Origin: Candidatus Binatia bacterium
GTDB taxonomy: Bacteria; Desulfobacterota; Binatia; Bin18
NCBI GenBank assembly: GCA_963666315.2
Contig: CAXXHG010000035.1
Location: 1 to 64,000, forward strand
DNA: 64,000 nucleotides
Reading direction: 5' to 3'
Shown here: positions 19,227-29,943 of the stretch, piece after piece
How the letters are laid out: each line of letters starts with the position of its first letter
How positions within the stretch are numbered: position 1 is the first letter of the stretch
Notes under the pieces: model-generated
What the model saw: the letters and a program-made list of their open reading frames with translations, nothing else
What the model was told of the DNA's origin: nothing
The model's database searches: none
Made by a program: the position numbers and the translations under genes

Positions 19227-19241
19227 GAGTGTAACATTGAT

Positions 19242-19272
19242 TGTCGGGTTACGCTCCGCTAACCCGACCTAC
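19242..19272. repeat. REP-like palindrome
   Basis: TGTCGGGTTACGCTCCGCTAACCCGACCTAC, a reverse-complement relative of 13545-13575. Confidence 0.65.
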
Positions 19273-19296
19273 GGTTTACGGTTTGTACGATGATAA

Positions 19297-20268
19297 TTAG
19301 CCGCCAAAATAGCTCTTCGGATTTTTGACCATCATGGTATGAATGGTCCCTTCGCTCACGCCGGCTTTGCCGAGGGTGGGAATGATATTCTTCAGAATAT
19401 GAGAGTAATTATTATTCGGGCAGGCTTCCATGAATTTGTCCCAGGCCGGGCTGGGCCGTCCCATCAGACAGTGCACAGCATCGTGCGAGAGCATGATCCG
19501 GTCATAGCCGACGGCGAGTAAGCCTATCAGCGAGGCCAGACGCATTTTATCCGGGGCAATGATGTCGATCCCGAACCGATCAAAGCCTATCCATGCGCCC
19601 CGATCCAAAATGTCAAAGTAATAGCGCATATCCCCCACACCACAGGCATGGCCGATCAGCACGCGGTTAAAATCAACGCCTTCCTCCTCAAACACGTCCA
19701 AGGTCTCTCGGCCAAACGGACCAAGCTCATCGTTGTGACACAGGATAGGCATCCCCGTGGCCTTGTGGGCCCGGGCCGCTGCCCGCAGACAGGTTTCCTC
19801 ATGTTTCCCAATAGACGTAGCAGTCTCGGTCATGCCCGGAATTCCACCCGTGGCGGTTTTGATGAGGCCGGCTTTAATGCCGGTCTTACCGATCCCCTCG
19901 GTGATCTCGCGCACATAGATCTCGGCGATATCGTCTGCGGCTAGGCTGCGAAAGTGGGGCGGAATGCCGAGCGCTTCGTTGTACAGCCCGGTGGCTACTA
20001 TGACGTTGAGGCCGGACTTGTCGGCACATTCAGCGGCAAACTCGGGGTCACGGCCCAATTCCATGGGGCAGGGATCAACAAAGGATGTAACTCCTAGTGA
20101 TTTAATCTCTTTGAGCTTTTCTACTGCTCCAGCGATTTCTTTTTTGCGATCAAAGCTCGTATTGTCCCACTCGTAGCCAGGAAAGCCGACCGTCAAATGC
20201 TCGTGGATCAGCGTAAACCCTAGGTCATCGGTTGAACGGTCTCCCAGTACTGTCTGAACGTTTGCCAT
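19297..20268 (-). CDS. Phosphotriesterase-family metallohydrolase
   Basis: LGFTLIHEH, LGRDPE, ATGLY, GLIKTATG, IGH, FDRFG, LSHD, NPKSYF. Confidence 0.92.
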   Translation of the reverse strand: MANVQTVLGDRSTDDLGFTLIHEHLTVGFPGYEWDNTSFDRKKEIAGAVEKLKEIKSLGVTSFVDPCPMELGRDPEFAAECADKSGLNVIVATGLYNEALGIPPHFRSLAADDIAEIYVREITEGIGKTGIKAGLIKTATGGIPGMTETATSIGKHEETCLRAAARAHKATGMPILCHNDELGPFGRETLDVFEEEGVDFNRVLIGHACGVGDMRYYFDILDRGAWIGFDRFGIDIIAPDKMRLASLIGLLAVGYDRIMLSHDAVHCLMGRPSPAWDKFMEACPNNNYSHILKNIIPTLGKAGVSEGTIHTMMVKNPKSYFGG

Positions 20269-20374
20269 ACGTGTATCTCCTTTTTGGTGAGTATAGGGTT
20301 CTCAAATCACAACCCAGACACGGCTGCAAGGAGGCCGTATCCGAATACTCGCTCTTACCCCCGGCGAGCGCTCA

Positions 20375-21247
20375 TCAGCGGGGAGCAAAGGCCTCAAGAG
20401 CCCGCTCGTCGGGCAAACTATTATCGTCGCAGCGGAGCGGCATGAGGCAGACGTGGCTGGCTCCTGCCGCCAACTGGGCGTCGATCTTGTCTTGGATCTG
20501 CTCTTCACTGCCCCAGGCCACCATGGTGTCGATGAGCCGATCGCTGCCCCCGTTCTCAAAATCTGTATCTGCGAACCCTTGCGCCCGGAGAATCCGTTGG
20601 TAGTTCTCCTGGGAGGCATAAAAGCTCAAGTGCTCGCGGGCGCGGGTACGAGCTTTGACCGCGTCCCGCTCTAGAATCACAATCAGACTGGGGCATACCC
20701 ATGCCTCTGGCCCCATGAGCGCCCGCGCGTTTTCCGTATGATCCGGCAGGCACAGATAGGTATGCGTACCGTGCGTTTCGCGGGCGGCGAGACCGAGCGA
20801 TTTTGGATGCAGCGCTGCAAGAACCAAGGGTGGCTCTGCTTCAGGCGCGACAGCTTTGTACAGAGCATCTTTCATTTTTGTAATGTATTCGCTCAGATAG
20901 CTAAACGGCTTGGTGTAGTTGTGTCCGCGCCAGTCTGCAACCAAAGAGCGGTGACTGACACCAATGCCCAGGATGAACCGATTTGGCGCAAACTCGGCCA
21001 GCGTCTTTGCGGATGCCGCCATGGTCACGGGATCGCGGACCCAGATGTTGGCGATCCCGGTCGCGTAAATCAGGCTGTCGGTGTTGGCCAGCAAATAGGA
21101 GCCGTGGGCAAAGGGCTCGCGGCCCCAGGCCTCAGGGGACCACACAACCTTATAGCCCATCTTCTCGATTCTGCGACAAAACGCGATACTTTCCTGGGCT
21201 GACATCGCGTCCATGAAAGCAAAGGCACCGACCTGACCAAGTTCCAT
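20375..21247 (-). CDS. LLM class F420-dependent oxidoreductase (TIGR03620-like)
   Basis: PEAWGREPF, ATGIANIW, RFILGIGVSH, LAALHPK. Confidence 0.9.
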   Translation of the reverse strand: MELGQVGAFAFMDAMSAQESIAFCRRIEKMGYKVVWSPEAWGREPFAHGSYLLANTDSLIYATGIANIWVRDPVTMAASAKTLAEFAPNRFILGIGVSHRSLVADWRGHNYTKPFSYLSEYITKMKDALYKAVAPEAEPPLVLAALHPKSLGLAARETHGTHTYLCLPDHTENARALMGPEAWVCPSLIVILERDAVKARTRAREHLSFYASQENYQRILRAQGFADTDFENGGSDRLIDTMVAWGSEEQIQDKIDAQLAAGASHVCLMPLRCDDNSLPDERALEAFAPR

Positions 21248-21270
21248 TTTATCTTCTTCCGATTCGTTCT

Positions 21271-22167
21271 TTAGGTGCCGCTCGCAACGGCCGGCTGCTC
21301 AATATCGTAAGGGATATCCAGTGTGGTCACACGCCGTAGCTCGCGACGATGCTTAGTGTCTTCGAAGGGTCGGGCACGATGCATGGTGGCGCGATTGTCA
21401 TAGATGACGAGGTCGCCGACGTGCCACGAATGACGGTAGACAAACTCTGGTTGGGTAGCATGCTCCATTAATTCGAGCAGCAGGAGTCGCCCTTCGGGTA
21501 CCGGCCAGTCGATGATTTTCGATGCATGCGCCGCAACATAGAGTGACTTGCGATTTGAGCCGGAGAGGGTGCGGATGAGGAGATGGACGGCGCCTTTTAA
21601 GATGTCTTGCTCATCCTTGGAAAATTCAAAACCGAGTATTTCCCGTGAGTGCGCAATCGAGTGATGGACGCGCAGTCCCTCAATCCGGGCTTTCATCTCC
21701 AGAGGTAGCGCGTCATACGCCGCTCGCATGTCAGCGTATTCTGTATCTGCTGCAACAGGAGGGACGACTCTTGCAAAGAGCATGGAGTAGCGTCCGGGTG
21801 GATCTTGGAATGACGCATCAGTGTGCCACAATCGATTACCTAGTCCGTACATGCGTCGGCGGTCGTCGGACTTCTGTACTTCCCCATTTGCGTCGAGGTT
21901 GGAGACATCGGCCAGCGCCTCGTTGCCGAAGCGGTTTTTCTGGAAGGCGCTGATCCCAGTTTTTGTGTGCAACTGGCCGTCCAGTCGCTGGGCAAAGGCG
22001 AGGTGTTCGTCGTCACTAAAAGCCTGGTCGCGGAAAATAACGATGGCATACTCATCCATCCCGGCTCGAATCTGAGTCAGCGTCTCGTAATCATATACCT
22101 GGCGAAGATCTAGCGGACTGACCTCTGCGACGAAGTGTGGATGCAGTTTGCGGAATGTCAGGGTCAT
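21271..22167 (-). CDS. TauD/TfdA family Fe(II)/2-oxoglutarate dioxygenase
   Basis: WHTDASF (HxD), TEYADMRAAYDAL, YRHSWHVGDLVIYDNRATMHRA. Confidence 0.93.
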   Translation of the reverse strand: MTLTFRKLHPHFVAEVSPLDLRQVYDYETLTQIRAGMDEYAIVIFRDQAFSDDEHLAFAQRLDGQLHTKTGISAFQKNRFGNEALADVSNLDANGEVQKSDDRRRMYGLGNRLWHTDASFQDPPGRYSMLFARVVPPVAADTEYADMRAAYDALPLEMKARIEGLRVHHSIAHSREILGFEFSKDEQDILKGAVHLLIRTLSGSNRKSLYVAAHASKIIDWPVPEGRLLLLELMEHATQPEFVYRHSWHVGDLVIYDNRATMHRARPFEDTKHRRELRRVTTLDIPYDIEQPAVASGT

Positions 22168-22241
22168 GGGAGAGTGCTCCTCCTTGCTAAGAGTGCCTAA
22201 CAGAACTACCTAGAGCCCCTTGTCAACGCCCCAGCCTCTCC

Positions 22242-22340
22242 CTTCCCGTTTCCACGGGAATGACAGCCCTTCTGTGTCATACCTGCGAAAGCAGGTATCC
22301 AGGCCGACAGGATAAGATGGAGTTTTGTTAGTGGTTCTAA
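22242..22340. repeat. Dispersed composite palindromic repeat, copy 1
   Basis: TTCCCGTTTCCACGGGAATGAC..TGTCATACCTGCGAAAGCAGGTATCCAGGCC..GGAGTTTTGTT; similar to 48324-48427. Confidence 0.75.
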
Positions 22341-22355
22341 ACAATTTTCTTGTCT

Positions 22356-23227
22356 TCACGCCATGAGTGTGTTTGCAACCTCTTCCAACTGCGCCAGCGT
22401 CTTATCCGTGTCTAGAGCCGTCATAAACAGCACCATTTCTTGCACCCCGAGTTCGCTCAGTTCCGCCAGCTTACCCGGGTTTTCTCGGAGGTCTTTTGGA
22501 TCGCCAGCATAGAGATCGACAACTGCGAAAAATCCCGATCACGTTCAGCCATGAGCTCCTTCAGCTGGCCCATCCGCTCTCGCAACGTCTCAATCGGAAT
22601 CGGGCCGGGCTGCCAGCCATCGCCTAAATCGGCCACGCGTTTAAGGGCAGGCATACTCTCGCCACCAAAGATTATAGGCGGGTGGGGCTTTTGAATCGGC
22701 AGGGGCATGGCATACAGGTCGGGAAAAGAGAAATACTTGCCTTCAAAGCTGGCGGCTTCCTCCTGCCAGACGGCTTTCATGACCTGTAAATACTCTCTGG
22801 TGCGGCTGCCCCGTTCTGAGAACTTTTCTCCCAATGCTTCAAATTCTTCCGCCATCCAGCCAACACCCACACCAAAAAGATAGCGACCATGAGTGGCCAT
22901 ATCGACGGTCGCCACCGCCTTGGCCACGGGGAGCGGATTACGGTAGGGAACGACAATCACGCTGGTGCCCAGCTTGATTGTTGTGGTGTGGGCACCAAGC
23001 GCTGCCAATAAGACAAAGGTATCTGGAAAGGGCAGACGACGCGGAAAGCTGGTCGAGCCGTCAGGTGTATATGGATAGGTGGATTCAATTTTTTCCGGGA
23101 TGACAATATGGTCACCCAGCCACGCCGAGTTATAGCCGAGTTCTTCCGCCTTTGTGGCCACGCGAACATAATCATCGATGGTTGGATTCATGCCAACACC
23201 AAGAGAATAATGGATGCCGAATTTCAT
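22356..23227 (-). pseudogene. LLM class F420-dependent oxidoreductase (TIGR03619-like), frameshift near the 3' end
   Basis: AEELGYNSAWLGDHIVIP, GVGVGWMAEEF, KPHPPI. The native tail GDPKDLRENPGKLAELSELGVQEMVL..TGA (22356) is in another frame after about 22510. Could be a sequencing indel. Confidence 0.8.
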
Positions 23228-23393
23228 ACGCGCCTCCTTTCTTGTTCCTACCGGATCTCTCCCTGCTCGATGCTATAACACATACTGACGAGTCCTGACG
23301 AGGGAGACGGCGGCGAAACATTGACAGTTCGACAATGCGCGGCATATGGTGCGGTTCGTTATGAATAATTGATTTCTGCGTAAGGAGGTCTTC

Positions 23394-24272
23394 ATGGATA
23401 TCGGAAAAGTAGGCGTATGGTTTTTTCTTGATGGAATGCCGGCTCCGGAAAGTGCGGAGTTTGCCCAGACGGTTGAGAAGGCGGGCTATAAAGCGTTGTG
23501 GATACCTGAGGCAGTCGGACGTGAGCCGTTTGCGCATGCCGCGTATCTGCTCAGCAACACGGAGCGTCTGTCTATCGCAACCGGGATTGCCAATATCTGG
23601 GCGCGTGACGCGTATACCATGGCAGCTGCGACGAATACGGTCGCCGAGCTGTCAGGCGGTCGTTTTGTGCTCGGCATCGGGGTAAGTCATAAACCGATTG
23701 TGTCCAACCTACGTGGGCACGACTATAACAAGCCGTATAGTTATATGAAGGAGTACCTGCCCAAGCTCAAGGATATCTTCTATCAGGCACCTAAACCCAG
23801 GACGCCCGCCCCCATCGTCCTTGCGGCGTTGCATCCCAAGATGCTTGCGCTGTCTGCAGAACAGGCTCAGGGCACACATACGTATTTCGTACCGCCGGAA
23901 CACACAGCAAAAGTTCGTGAGCAGATCGGTCCTGAGCCATGGATCTGCGTAGCGCAGGCTGTGGTTCTTGAGAGCGATGCAACCAAGGCGCGTGACGCAG
24001 CACGTCGATATATGAAGACCTACGTCCCCAGGTTACCCAACTATACAAATAATTTGAAAAATCTAGGCTGGTCGGACGCTGATTTCGAGGATGGCTGTAG
24101 TGATGCTCTGGTTGACGCCATTGTTGCCTGGGGCAGCGAAGAGAAGATTCGCGATCGTTTTGATGCGCAGCGCAAAGCCGGTGCGACCCATGTGTGCTTT
24201 TTACCGATCCGGACGGATAATGAGTCGTTGCCTGATCTGCGCGCGGTGGAAGCTTTCGGGCCTGGTGCGTAG
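23394..24272 (+). CDS. LLM class F420-dependent oxidoreductase (TIGR03620-like), paralog of 20375..21247
   Basis: PEAVGREPF, ATGIANIWARD, GRFVLGIGVSH, LAALHPKM. Confidence 0.92.
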   Translation: MDIGKVGVWFFLDGMPAPESAEFAQTVEKAGYKALWIPEAVGREPFAHAAYLLSNTERLSIATGIANIWARDAYTMAAATNTVAELSGGRFVLGIGVSHKPIVSNLRGHDYNKPYSYMKEYLPKLKDIFYQAPKPRTPAPIVLAALHPKMLALSAEQAQGTHTYFVPPEHTAKVREQIGPEPWICVAQAVVLESDATKARDAARRYMKTYVPRLPNYTNNLKNLGWSDADFEDGCSDALVDAIVAWGSEEKIRDRFDAQRKAGATHVCFLPIRTDNESLPDLRAVEAFGPGA

Positions 24273-24339
24273 ACCACACTGAGGAGGGTGAGCCCCCGCC
24301 CACCCTCCCAATCCGATCTCAGCCTAGAGCCGTGAATCT

Positions 24340-24639
24340 GTGACTCACAATGAATTGAAACGAATAGCACTGAAACGGCCGAAAGTGAGAGCTGTTTATG
24401 ATGAGTTAGGGCCGGAATTCGAGCTTCTGCGCCAAATGGTGGGAGCACGCCAGGAAGCAGGTCTCACTCAAGCGCAAGTCGCTGAGCGCATGGGCGCAAA
24501 GCCTCCTGCTGTGACGCGTCTCGAATCGTCCCTGAGCAGTGGCAAACATTCGCCTTCTATTGCGACGTTACGGAAATATGCTGAGGCAGTTGGCTGCCGT
24601 CTTGATATTCATATGATCCGAAATCAGCGAGCAGCTTAA
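24340..24639 (+). CDS. XRE/HigA-type HTH antitoxin-like regulator
   Basis: YDELGPEF..ARQEAGLTQAQVAERMG..VTRLES..SPSIATLRKYAEAVG. Confidence 0.85.
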   Translation: MTHNELKRIALKRPKVRAVYDELGPEFELLRQMVGARQEAGLTQAQVAERMGAKPPAVTRLESSLSSGKHSPSIATLRKYAEAVGCRLDIHMIRNQRAA

Positions 24640-24641
24640 TA

Positions 24642-25823
24642 TCACCGCCGCAAAATCGCCAAACTGCCATCTCCAAAGTCACCCCAGCCGGTTACCAGGC
24701 CGAGTTGCGCGTCTTGGACCTGACGTTTGCCGCAGTCATGGCGCAGCTGGCGGGTGGCTTCGACGATGTGATTCATGCCGGAGACGTGTGCTTCGGAATG
24801 CAGCCCGCCATGCGTGTTGATGGGCAGCTCACCTCCGAGTTCCAAACGCCCGTTTTTTACATAATCGGCGACTTCGCCCCGCGCGCAGAGTCCGAGCGCT
24901 TCGAGTTGCAGCAGTACGACATAGGTGAAGCAGTCGTAGACTTGCATGAAGTCGAGATCCTTGAGATCGATGTCGGCCATTTGCAAGGCTTTGGGTGTGG
25001 CGAAGCTCAGGCCAATTTTAAAGGGATCCGGCCGGGCGGGAATATCATCTGCGGGGTAAGGGTGTCCTTCGGCAAGGCCGGACAGATAGACTGGCGTCTG
25101 GCGCAGATCTGTGGCCCGTTCGGTACAGGACACAACAACCGCACACGCCCCGTCGGTTTCCAAACAGCAATCAAAGAGACGGAAGGGTTTGGCGATCCAA
25201 CGCGCATTTAAATAGTCTTCCATAGTGAGCGGCCGGCCGCGCATATAGGCTTTGTCATTCAGCTGGGCGTGCTTGCGCGCGGCGAGGGCGATTGCCCCGG
25301 TAGCCTCGTCTGGCACGTTATAAATCTCTTTGTGTCGCGTGGCGATCCAGGCGTACCACTGCACCGGAACCGATGCACCAAAAGGCAGATAATACTCATT
25401 CACAGTGTTCATGAGTGTCGCCAGCGCTCCGCCGATGTTGTCTCCCTCGTCGCTGCCAAGACTTCGCACGCGCGCGCCCGAATAGCCTTTCCAGCCAAAG
25501 GGACTCAAGACGTGGTTTGCCACCCCACAGGCGACGGCTAAGGCGGCGCTTTGCAGTGCCGTGACTGGACTGGCGCCGCCCATATGAACCGTGGTGGCGT
25601 AGCGCAAGTCTTCAATACCCAAATTGGCCGCAAAATGTTCAGACGTCGCATGGGGCGTAGGCGGCGGAATGACACCATCTATGTCGTGTGGGCTGAGACC
25701 TGCATCGGCAATAGCGTTTATAGAGGCTTCCAGCATGAGGGCGAATTCGGTTTTGTCCGTACCGCGTGTAAATGCAGTTTCGCCAACGCCGGTGATACAG
25801 GCTTGATCTTGGAGTGAGGACAT
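24642..25823 (-). CDS. Thiolase-like / SCP-x lipid-transfer protein
   Basis: [33 protein letters not shown]. Confidence 0.9.
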   Translation of the reverse strand: MSSLQDQACITGVGETAFTRGTDKTEFALMLEASINAIADAGLSPHDIDGVIPPPTPHATSEHFAANLGIEDLRYATTVHMGGASPVTALQSAALAVACGVANHVLSPFGWKGYSGARVRSLGSDEGDNIGGALATLMNTVNEYYLPFGASVPVQWYAWIATRHKEIYNVPDEATGAIALAARKHAQLNDKAYMRGRPLTMEDYLNARWIAKPFRLFDCCLETDGACAVVVSCTERATDLRQTPVYLSGLAEGHPYPADDIPARPDPFKIGLSFATPKALQMADIDLKDLDFMQVYDCFTYVVLLQLEALGLCARGEVADYVKNGRLELGGELPINTHGGLHSEAHVSGMNHIVEATRQLRHDCGKRQVQDAQLGLVTGWGDFGDGSLAILRR

Positions 25824-25880
25824 TGTTTTCTCCGAGTTTGCTTCGATAACCTTGAGGACAGCAGATAAAGTGGCGATGCC

Positions 25881-25928
25881 GGGAAACCCACCCCGGCGCT
25901 ACGCGCCACCCCTCCAGGGAGGGGATTC
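25881..25928. repeat. REP-like GC-rich palindrome
   Basis: ACCCACCCCGGCGCTACGCGCCACCCCTCCAGGGAGGGG, intergenic. Confidence 0.5.
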
Positions 25929-25931
25929 TCT

Positions 25932-26483
25932 TTAGAAGCCTTTGACGCCCTTGTCTAATTGCACGCCGAAGGTGTTGAGAGCCATGGACACCATATTGTA
26001 CTGACCGACGGTGAAGACCACGTCCATGAGCTGCCGGGTATCATAGCGCTCGCTCAGGGCTGCCCAAGTGGCATCGCTGATAAGCGCGTCTGCGTGCAAC
26101 TCGTTGGCTGCGCGTAAGAGAGTGGCATCGAACGGGTCCCAGCCCCCGGCGTCTGGGCCCTCTTTGATCCGTGCGATCTCTTCGTCGGTCAGACCGGCTC
26201 CTTTGCCGAAAAAGACATGCTGGCCCCACTCATATTCAGCCTGACACAACCAGCCGATACGCAATATTAATAGCTCACGCTCGCGTGGCACTAAAGTCGA
26301 GGTGTCGCCCATAATGTGATAGGCCCAGACCTGGAATTTCTTTGACGCCTCCCAATGCCGGGCCAGAGTACCAATCACATTGTATACGCGTCCCTCACGA
26401 TAATGGGGCTCCAGCGTCTCGCGTTGTTCGTCGGTCCATTCGTCTTGTGTCAGCGGCGTAATCCGTGCTTGTGAGAGTTTCAT
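25932..26483 (-). CDS. Carboxymuconolactone decarboxylase family protein
   Basis: RERELLILRIGWLCQAEYEWGQH, ISDATWAAL, FTVGQYNM; RBS GGAGG. Confidence 0.88.
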   Translation of the reverse strand: MKLSQARITPLTQDEWTDEQRETLEPHYREGRVYNVIGTLARHWEASKKFQVWAYHIMGDTSTLVPRERELLILRIGWLCQAEYEWGQHVFFGKGAGLTDEEIARIKEGPDAGGWDPFDATLLRAANELHADALISDATWAALSERYDTRQLMDVVFTVGQYNMVSMALNTFGVQLDKGVKGF

Positions 26484-26592
26484 TCGTATTCCTCCTGTGA
26501 ACACGTTCTATAGAAGAGACAGGGAAAGACGCAAGTCTCGTATTGCCTTTGACAGCTTGCCTTGTGTCTCAGGCTTGGTCTATAGAAAGAGT

Positions 26593-28302
26593 ATGCAATA
26601 CGATCTGATTATTAAAAACGGTACCGTTGTTGACGGTTCAGGACTGCCCCGTTTTCAGGCTGACGTGGGTATCGTCCAGGGCAAAATCGCCGCGATTGGA
26701 AGAATCCGCGATAGCGCTCAAGAGGTCATCGATGCTGAAGGTTATGTCGTAGCCCCGGGATTTGTCGACGTTCACACCCATATGGACGCCCAGGTGTTTT
26801 GGGATCCACTCGGGACCTGTTCCTGCTGGCACGGCATCACCAGCGTAGTCATGGGAAATTGCGGCTTTTCTCTTGCGCCGTGCGCCGAGAAGGACAAACT
26901 CCTAGTGATGCGGAATCTTGAGCGGGCGGAAGATATCGCGCCTGAAGCTATGCAGGCGGGCATTCCGTGGAGTTGGACGACCTATCCTGAGTACTTGGAT
27001 GCCGTTGACCAACTTCCCAAAGGCATTAACTACGCCGCCTATATCGGTCACTCCGCGCTACGCACCTATGTGATGGGCGAACGAGCGTTCACACAAGAAG
27101 CGAGTTCGGAAGATTTGGAGGCGATGAAGCACGAAGTCGGCGGTGCTATTCAGGCTGGTGCGATCGGCTTTACTACTTCACGTACCCATAACCATCAGAC
27201 CCCGGACGGACAACCTGTTGCCAGCCGTCTGGCCACGTGGGAAGAAGTCCGGCAATTGGTCGGCGTCATGGGTGAGTTGAATGCCGGCGTATTTGAAATC
27301 GCGAACGAAGACGCCCGGTTCGATCCCGAACGGATTGACGAATATCTTGGTCGGCTGAAAGCACTAGCGGTCGATACTGGCGTACCGGTCACATTTGGCA
27401 TGTTCAGCAGCCGCCAGGCGCCAAATATGTGGCAGCCGTTCTTTGCCCTGGCGGACGAGACCGCGTCAGGTGGCGGACGTATCTTTATTCAAGTGCACAG
27501 CCGTCCGCTGAATGTGGTGCTATCGTTCGAGACTGCCACGCCGTTTGACAAACTGCCGGTCTGGCGCGATATCCGTAAGCTACCGTTAGCGGAACAGGCA
27601 GCCGCCCTGCGTAATCCAGAAACGCGCAGCAAACTCATCGAAGCGGCCCATCATTCTCCACGAGATCAAAATCGTGGAATCGGAGCTGAACCGCGTGCGG
27701 CTAATTTTAAGTGGCTGTTTGTCATGGATTCTGCCCTCCCGCCGTACCGTTCGATTGCCGAGATAGCCGCTGAGCGCAATCAAGACCAAGTCGCGGTGTT
27801 TATCGATCTCGCGCTGGACAAGAACCTCAAACAATTCTTCCTTCAACCTTTGGTTAACCAAAATCAGGATCATGTGCTGGAAATGATGCGGCATCCGCGA
27901 TCTGTGGTTACCTTTTCAGATTCCGGTGCGCATGTGTCGCAGATCATGGACTCCTCGCTGCAGAGGCATGTGTTGGGCCATTGGGTACGAGAAAAACAAG
28001 CACTGACATTAGAAGATGCGGTGCGGCAGCTCAGCTTTGTGCCAGCCTCCCACTGGGGGTTGACTGGTCGAGGCCTGTTACGTGAAGGGTGGAATGCGGA
28101 CGTAGTAATCTTCGATCCTGAGACCGTTGCACCGCAGTTGCCAGAACTCACCTATGATCTGCCGGCAGGCGCCCGGCGGCTCAAGCAAAAGGCCGATGGC
28201 TTTCTTGCTACAGTCGTTAACGGTGAGGTTGTGTTGCGTAATAATGAACACACAGGCGCGTTGCCTGGTCAGCTGCTGCGCGGTCCGTTGGCCTCTGGCT
28301 AA
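26593..28302 (+). CDS. N-acyl-D-amino-acid deacylase-like amidohydrolase
   Basis: APGFVDVHTHMD, HGITSVVMGNCGF, SDSGAHV, DLPAGARRL. Confidence 0.92.
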   Translation: MQYDLIIKNGTVVDGSGLPRFQADVGIVQGKIAAIGRIRDSAQEVIDAEGYVVAPGFVDVHTHMDAQVFWDPLGTCSCWHGITSVVMGNCGFSLAPCAEKDKLLVMRNLERAEDIAPEAMQAGIPWSWTTYPEYLDAVDQLPKGINYAAYIGHSALRTYVMGERAFTQEASSEDLEAMKHEVGGAIQAGAIGFTTSRTHNHQTPDGQPVASRLATWEEVRQLVGVMGELNAGVFEIANEDARFDPERIDEYLGRLKALAVDTGVPVTFGMFSSRQAPNMWQPFFALADETASGGGRIFIQVHSRPLNVVLSFETATPFDKLPVWRDIRKLPLAEQAAALRNPETRSKLIEAAHHSPRDQNRGIGAEPRAANFKWLFVMDSALPPYRSIAEIAAERNQDQVAVFIDLALDKNLKQFFLQPLVNQNQDHVLEMMRHPRSVVTFSDSGAHVSQIMDSSLQRHVLGHWVREKQALTLEDAVRQLSFVPASHWGLTGRGLLREGWNADVVIFDPETVAPQLPELTYDLPAGARRLKQKADGFLATVVNGEVVLRNNEHTGALPGQLLRGPLASG

Positions 28303-28305
28303 GAA

Positions 28306-28490
28306 GTACAGTTTCAGGGCACCTCCTTGGGAATAGGAATTCCCTCGCCCCTTTGGGGAGAGGGCGGCGACCACGTAGTGGACGCGGGTGAGGGGAATGG
28401 AATGAGATTTTACCCACCATCACCTCAATCCTCGCCCGCCAGCGGGCGAGGAGGCCAATCGGATTCCCAAAGAGGTTAACTGTTTTTGTC
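28306..28490. repeat. About 180-bp dispersed palindromic repeat, copy 1
   Basis: Shares ACCTCCTTGGGAATAG..TTCCCTCGCCC..GAGGGGAATGGAATGA..CCAGCGGG..TCCCAAAGAGGTT-ACTGTTTTTG with 62933-63110. Confidence 0.8.
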
Positions 28491-29798
28491 CTAGCCAGCC
28501 TGCGGCTCCGGAGCCATCGCCGCGGCACCTGCGCCTACGAAAAACACACCAACGCAAGATAGAAACGCCCAGTCGTAACTGCCAGTGTTATCGTAAATCG
28601 CGCCGGCAATGATCGGTCCCAACGCTCCCCCAAGACTGAGTCCCAACATACCCAGTACACCGGCAATCGCCCCAAAAGACTGCTGACCAAAATTATGCCC
28701 GACCGTCAAAGGCCACAGCACGATCATGCCTCCATAGCCAAGTCCAAAGAGCGGCACAAACAGCGCCAGCGCCCAAAACCCGAGGCTATCTAGATAGGGT
28801 AAAGCTCCGATGCCGACTGCCTGCAGGCAGAGACACCCGGCCAGGATAGAGTGTGGATGGCGAACGTGTTCGCTGACCCAACCTGCCACAAACCGCCCAG
28901 CCATACTCATGCCTAAGGAGATTCCAGTAATCGTTGCAGCACGCTCGAGGGTATATCCGGCATCCTGTAAAAATGCGACCTGGTGAGCGTGCACGGCCCC
29001 CGCCGCCATCAGCCCCAGACCGAATGCGACCGCCAACAGCCAAAAGGTCGATGTGGATAGCGCCTGCCTGAGTGTCCAATCTTGAGACCTCGGCTCTTGC
29101 TTTTGCTCCGGCGCCATTGGCGCAGTTGTCTGTGCAGGGCTGTCCTGCCCTAAAGGTCTCAGTCCCTTTTCCTCTGGGGTATTGACGACAAAAAACCACA
29201 CCAGGGGCAGCATTCCGCCCAGCGATAATGCGGCTAAGACCTGATACGCCACTCGCCAACTGTATTCGGCGATCAAAAAACCGCACAGCGGTACGAGCAC
29301 AAGTCCGCCACCGCTCGCGCCGACCAAGGCGATGCCCATTGCGCGGCCGCGCTTGGCCACAAACCATCGGGTAACGACCTTGCCGACGGGCATGGGTCCG
29401 ATCCCCGCCAATCCCACGCCCAAAAATAGGTATAAGGAATAGAAGCCGGTTAGGCTGTGTACCGTGCTGAGCAACAGCAGGGCTACCCCGTCGATGAGGG
29501 CGCTTAGTAGAAAGACCCAGCGGGCACCAACATGATCGATGAGCCAACCCCAGAAGGGCAGGACCAGGCCGGCAACGAGCAGATACAGAGAGAAGGCGGT
29601 AGCCGTCTCGGCCCGCGACCAACCAAACTCCTGAGTGAGGGGTTTGAGAAAAGTCGAGAAGGTATAGGTGAACCCACCGTCGATGATGGAGATAAAAAAC
29701 AGGATGCCAACAATCAGCCAGCCATAGAAGAAACGTTCATCGCGGTCTGCTGTCCCGCCATCTATGTTGGCGTCGTCCAAAGGACTTGGCTCTCGCAT
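28491..29798 (-). CDS. MFS transporter (OFA/MCT-like)
   Basis: FFYGWLIV, EFGWSR, GWLIDHVGAR, RWFVAKRGRAMG; about 12 hydrophobic segments. Confidence 0.92.
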   Translation of the reverse strand: MREPSPLDDANIDGGTADRDERFFYGWLIVGILFFISIIDGGFTYTFSTFLKPLTQEFGWSRAETATAFSLYLLVAGLVLPFWGWLIDHVGARWVFLLSALIDGVALLLLSTVHSLTGFYSLYLFLGVGLAGIGPMPVGKVVTRWFVAKRGRAMGIALVGASGGGLVLVPLCGFLIAEYSWRVAYQVLAALSLGGMLPLVWFFVVNTPEEKGLRPLGQDSPAQTTAPMAPEQKQEPRSQDWTLRQALSTSTFWLLAVAFGLGLMAAGAVHAHQVAFLQDAGYTLERAATITGISLGMSMAGRFVAGWVSEHVRHPHSILAGCLCLQAVGIGALPYLDSLGFWALALFVPLFGLGYGGMIVLWPLTVGHNFGQQSFGAIAGVLGMLGLSLGGALGPIIAGAIYDNTGSYDWAFLSCVGVFFVGAGAAAMAPEPQAG

Positions 29799-29840
29799 CA
29801 GCCGCGATTAGATAGGCGAAGGCTTGGTCTGTCAATCTGA

Positions 29841-29880
29841 ACAAAAAGAAAGGGCTGAGAAGGAAACCTCTCTCAGCCCC
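29841..29880 (-). terminator. Probable intrinsic terminator
   Basis: GGGCTGAGA..AGG AAA CCT..TCTCAGCCC stem with an A-rich flank (U-tract on the minus strand), downstream of the amidohydrolase. Confidence 0.55.
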
Positions 29881-29943
29881 GAAGAGTGTTGTAAAATCCG
29901 CTCACCCTTCGACAGGCTCAGGGCGAACGGCCTGAGTCGTTTC

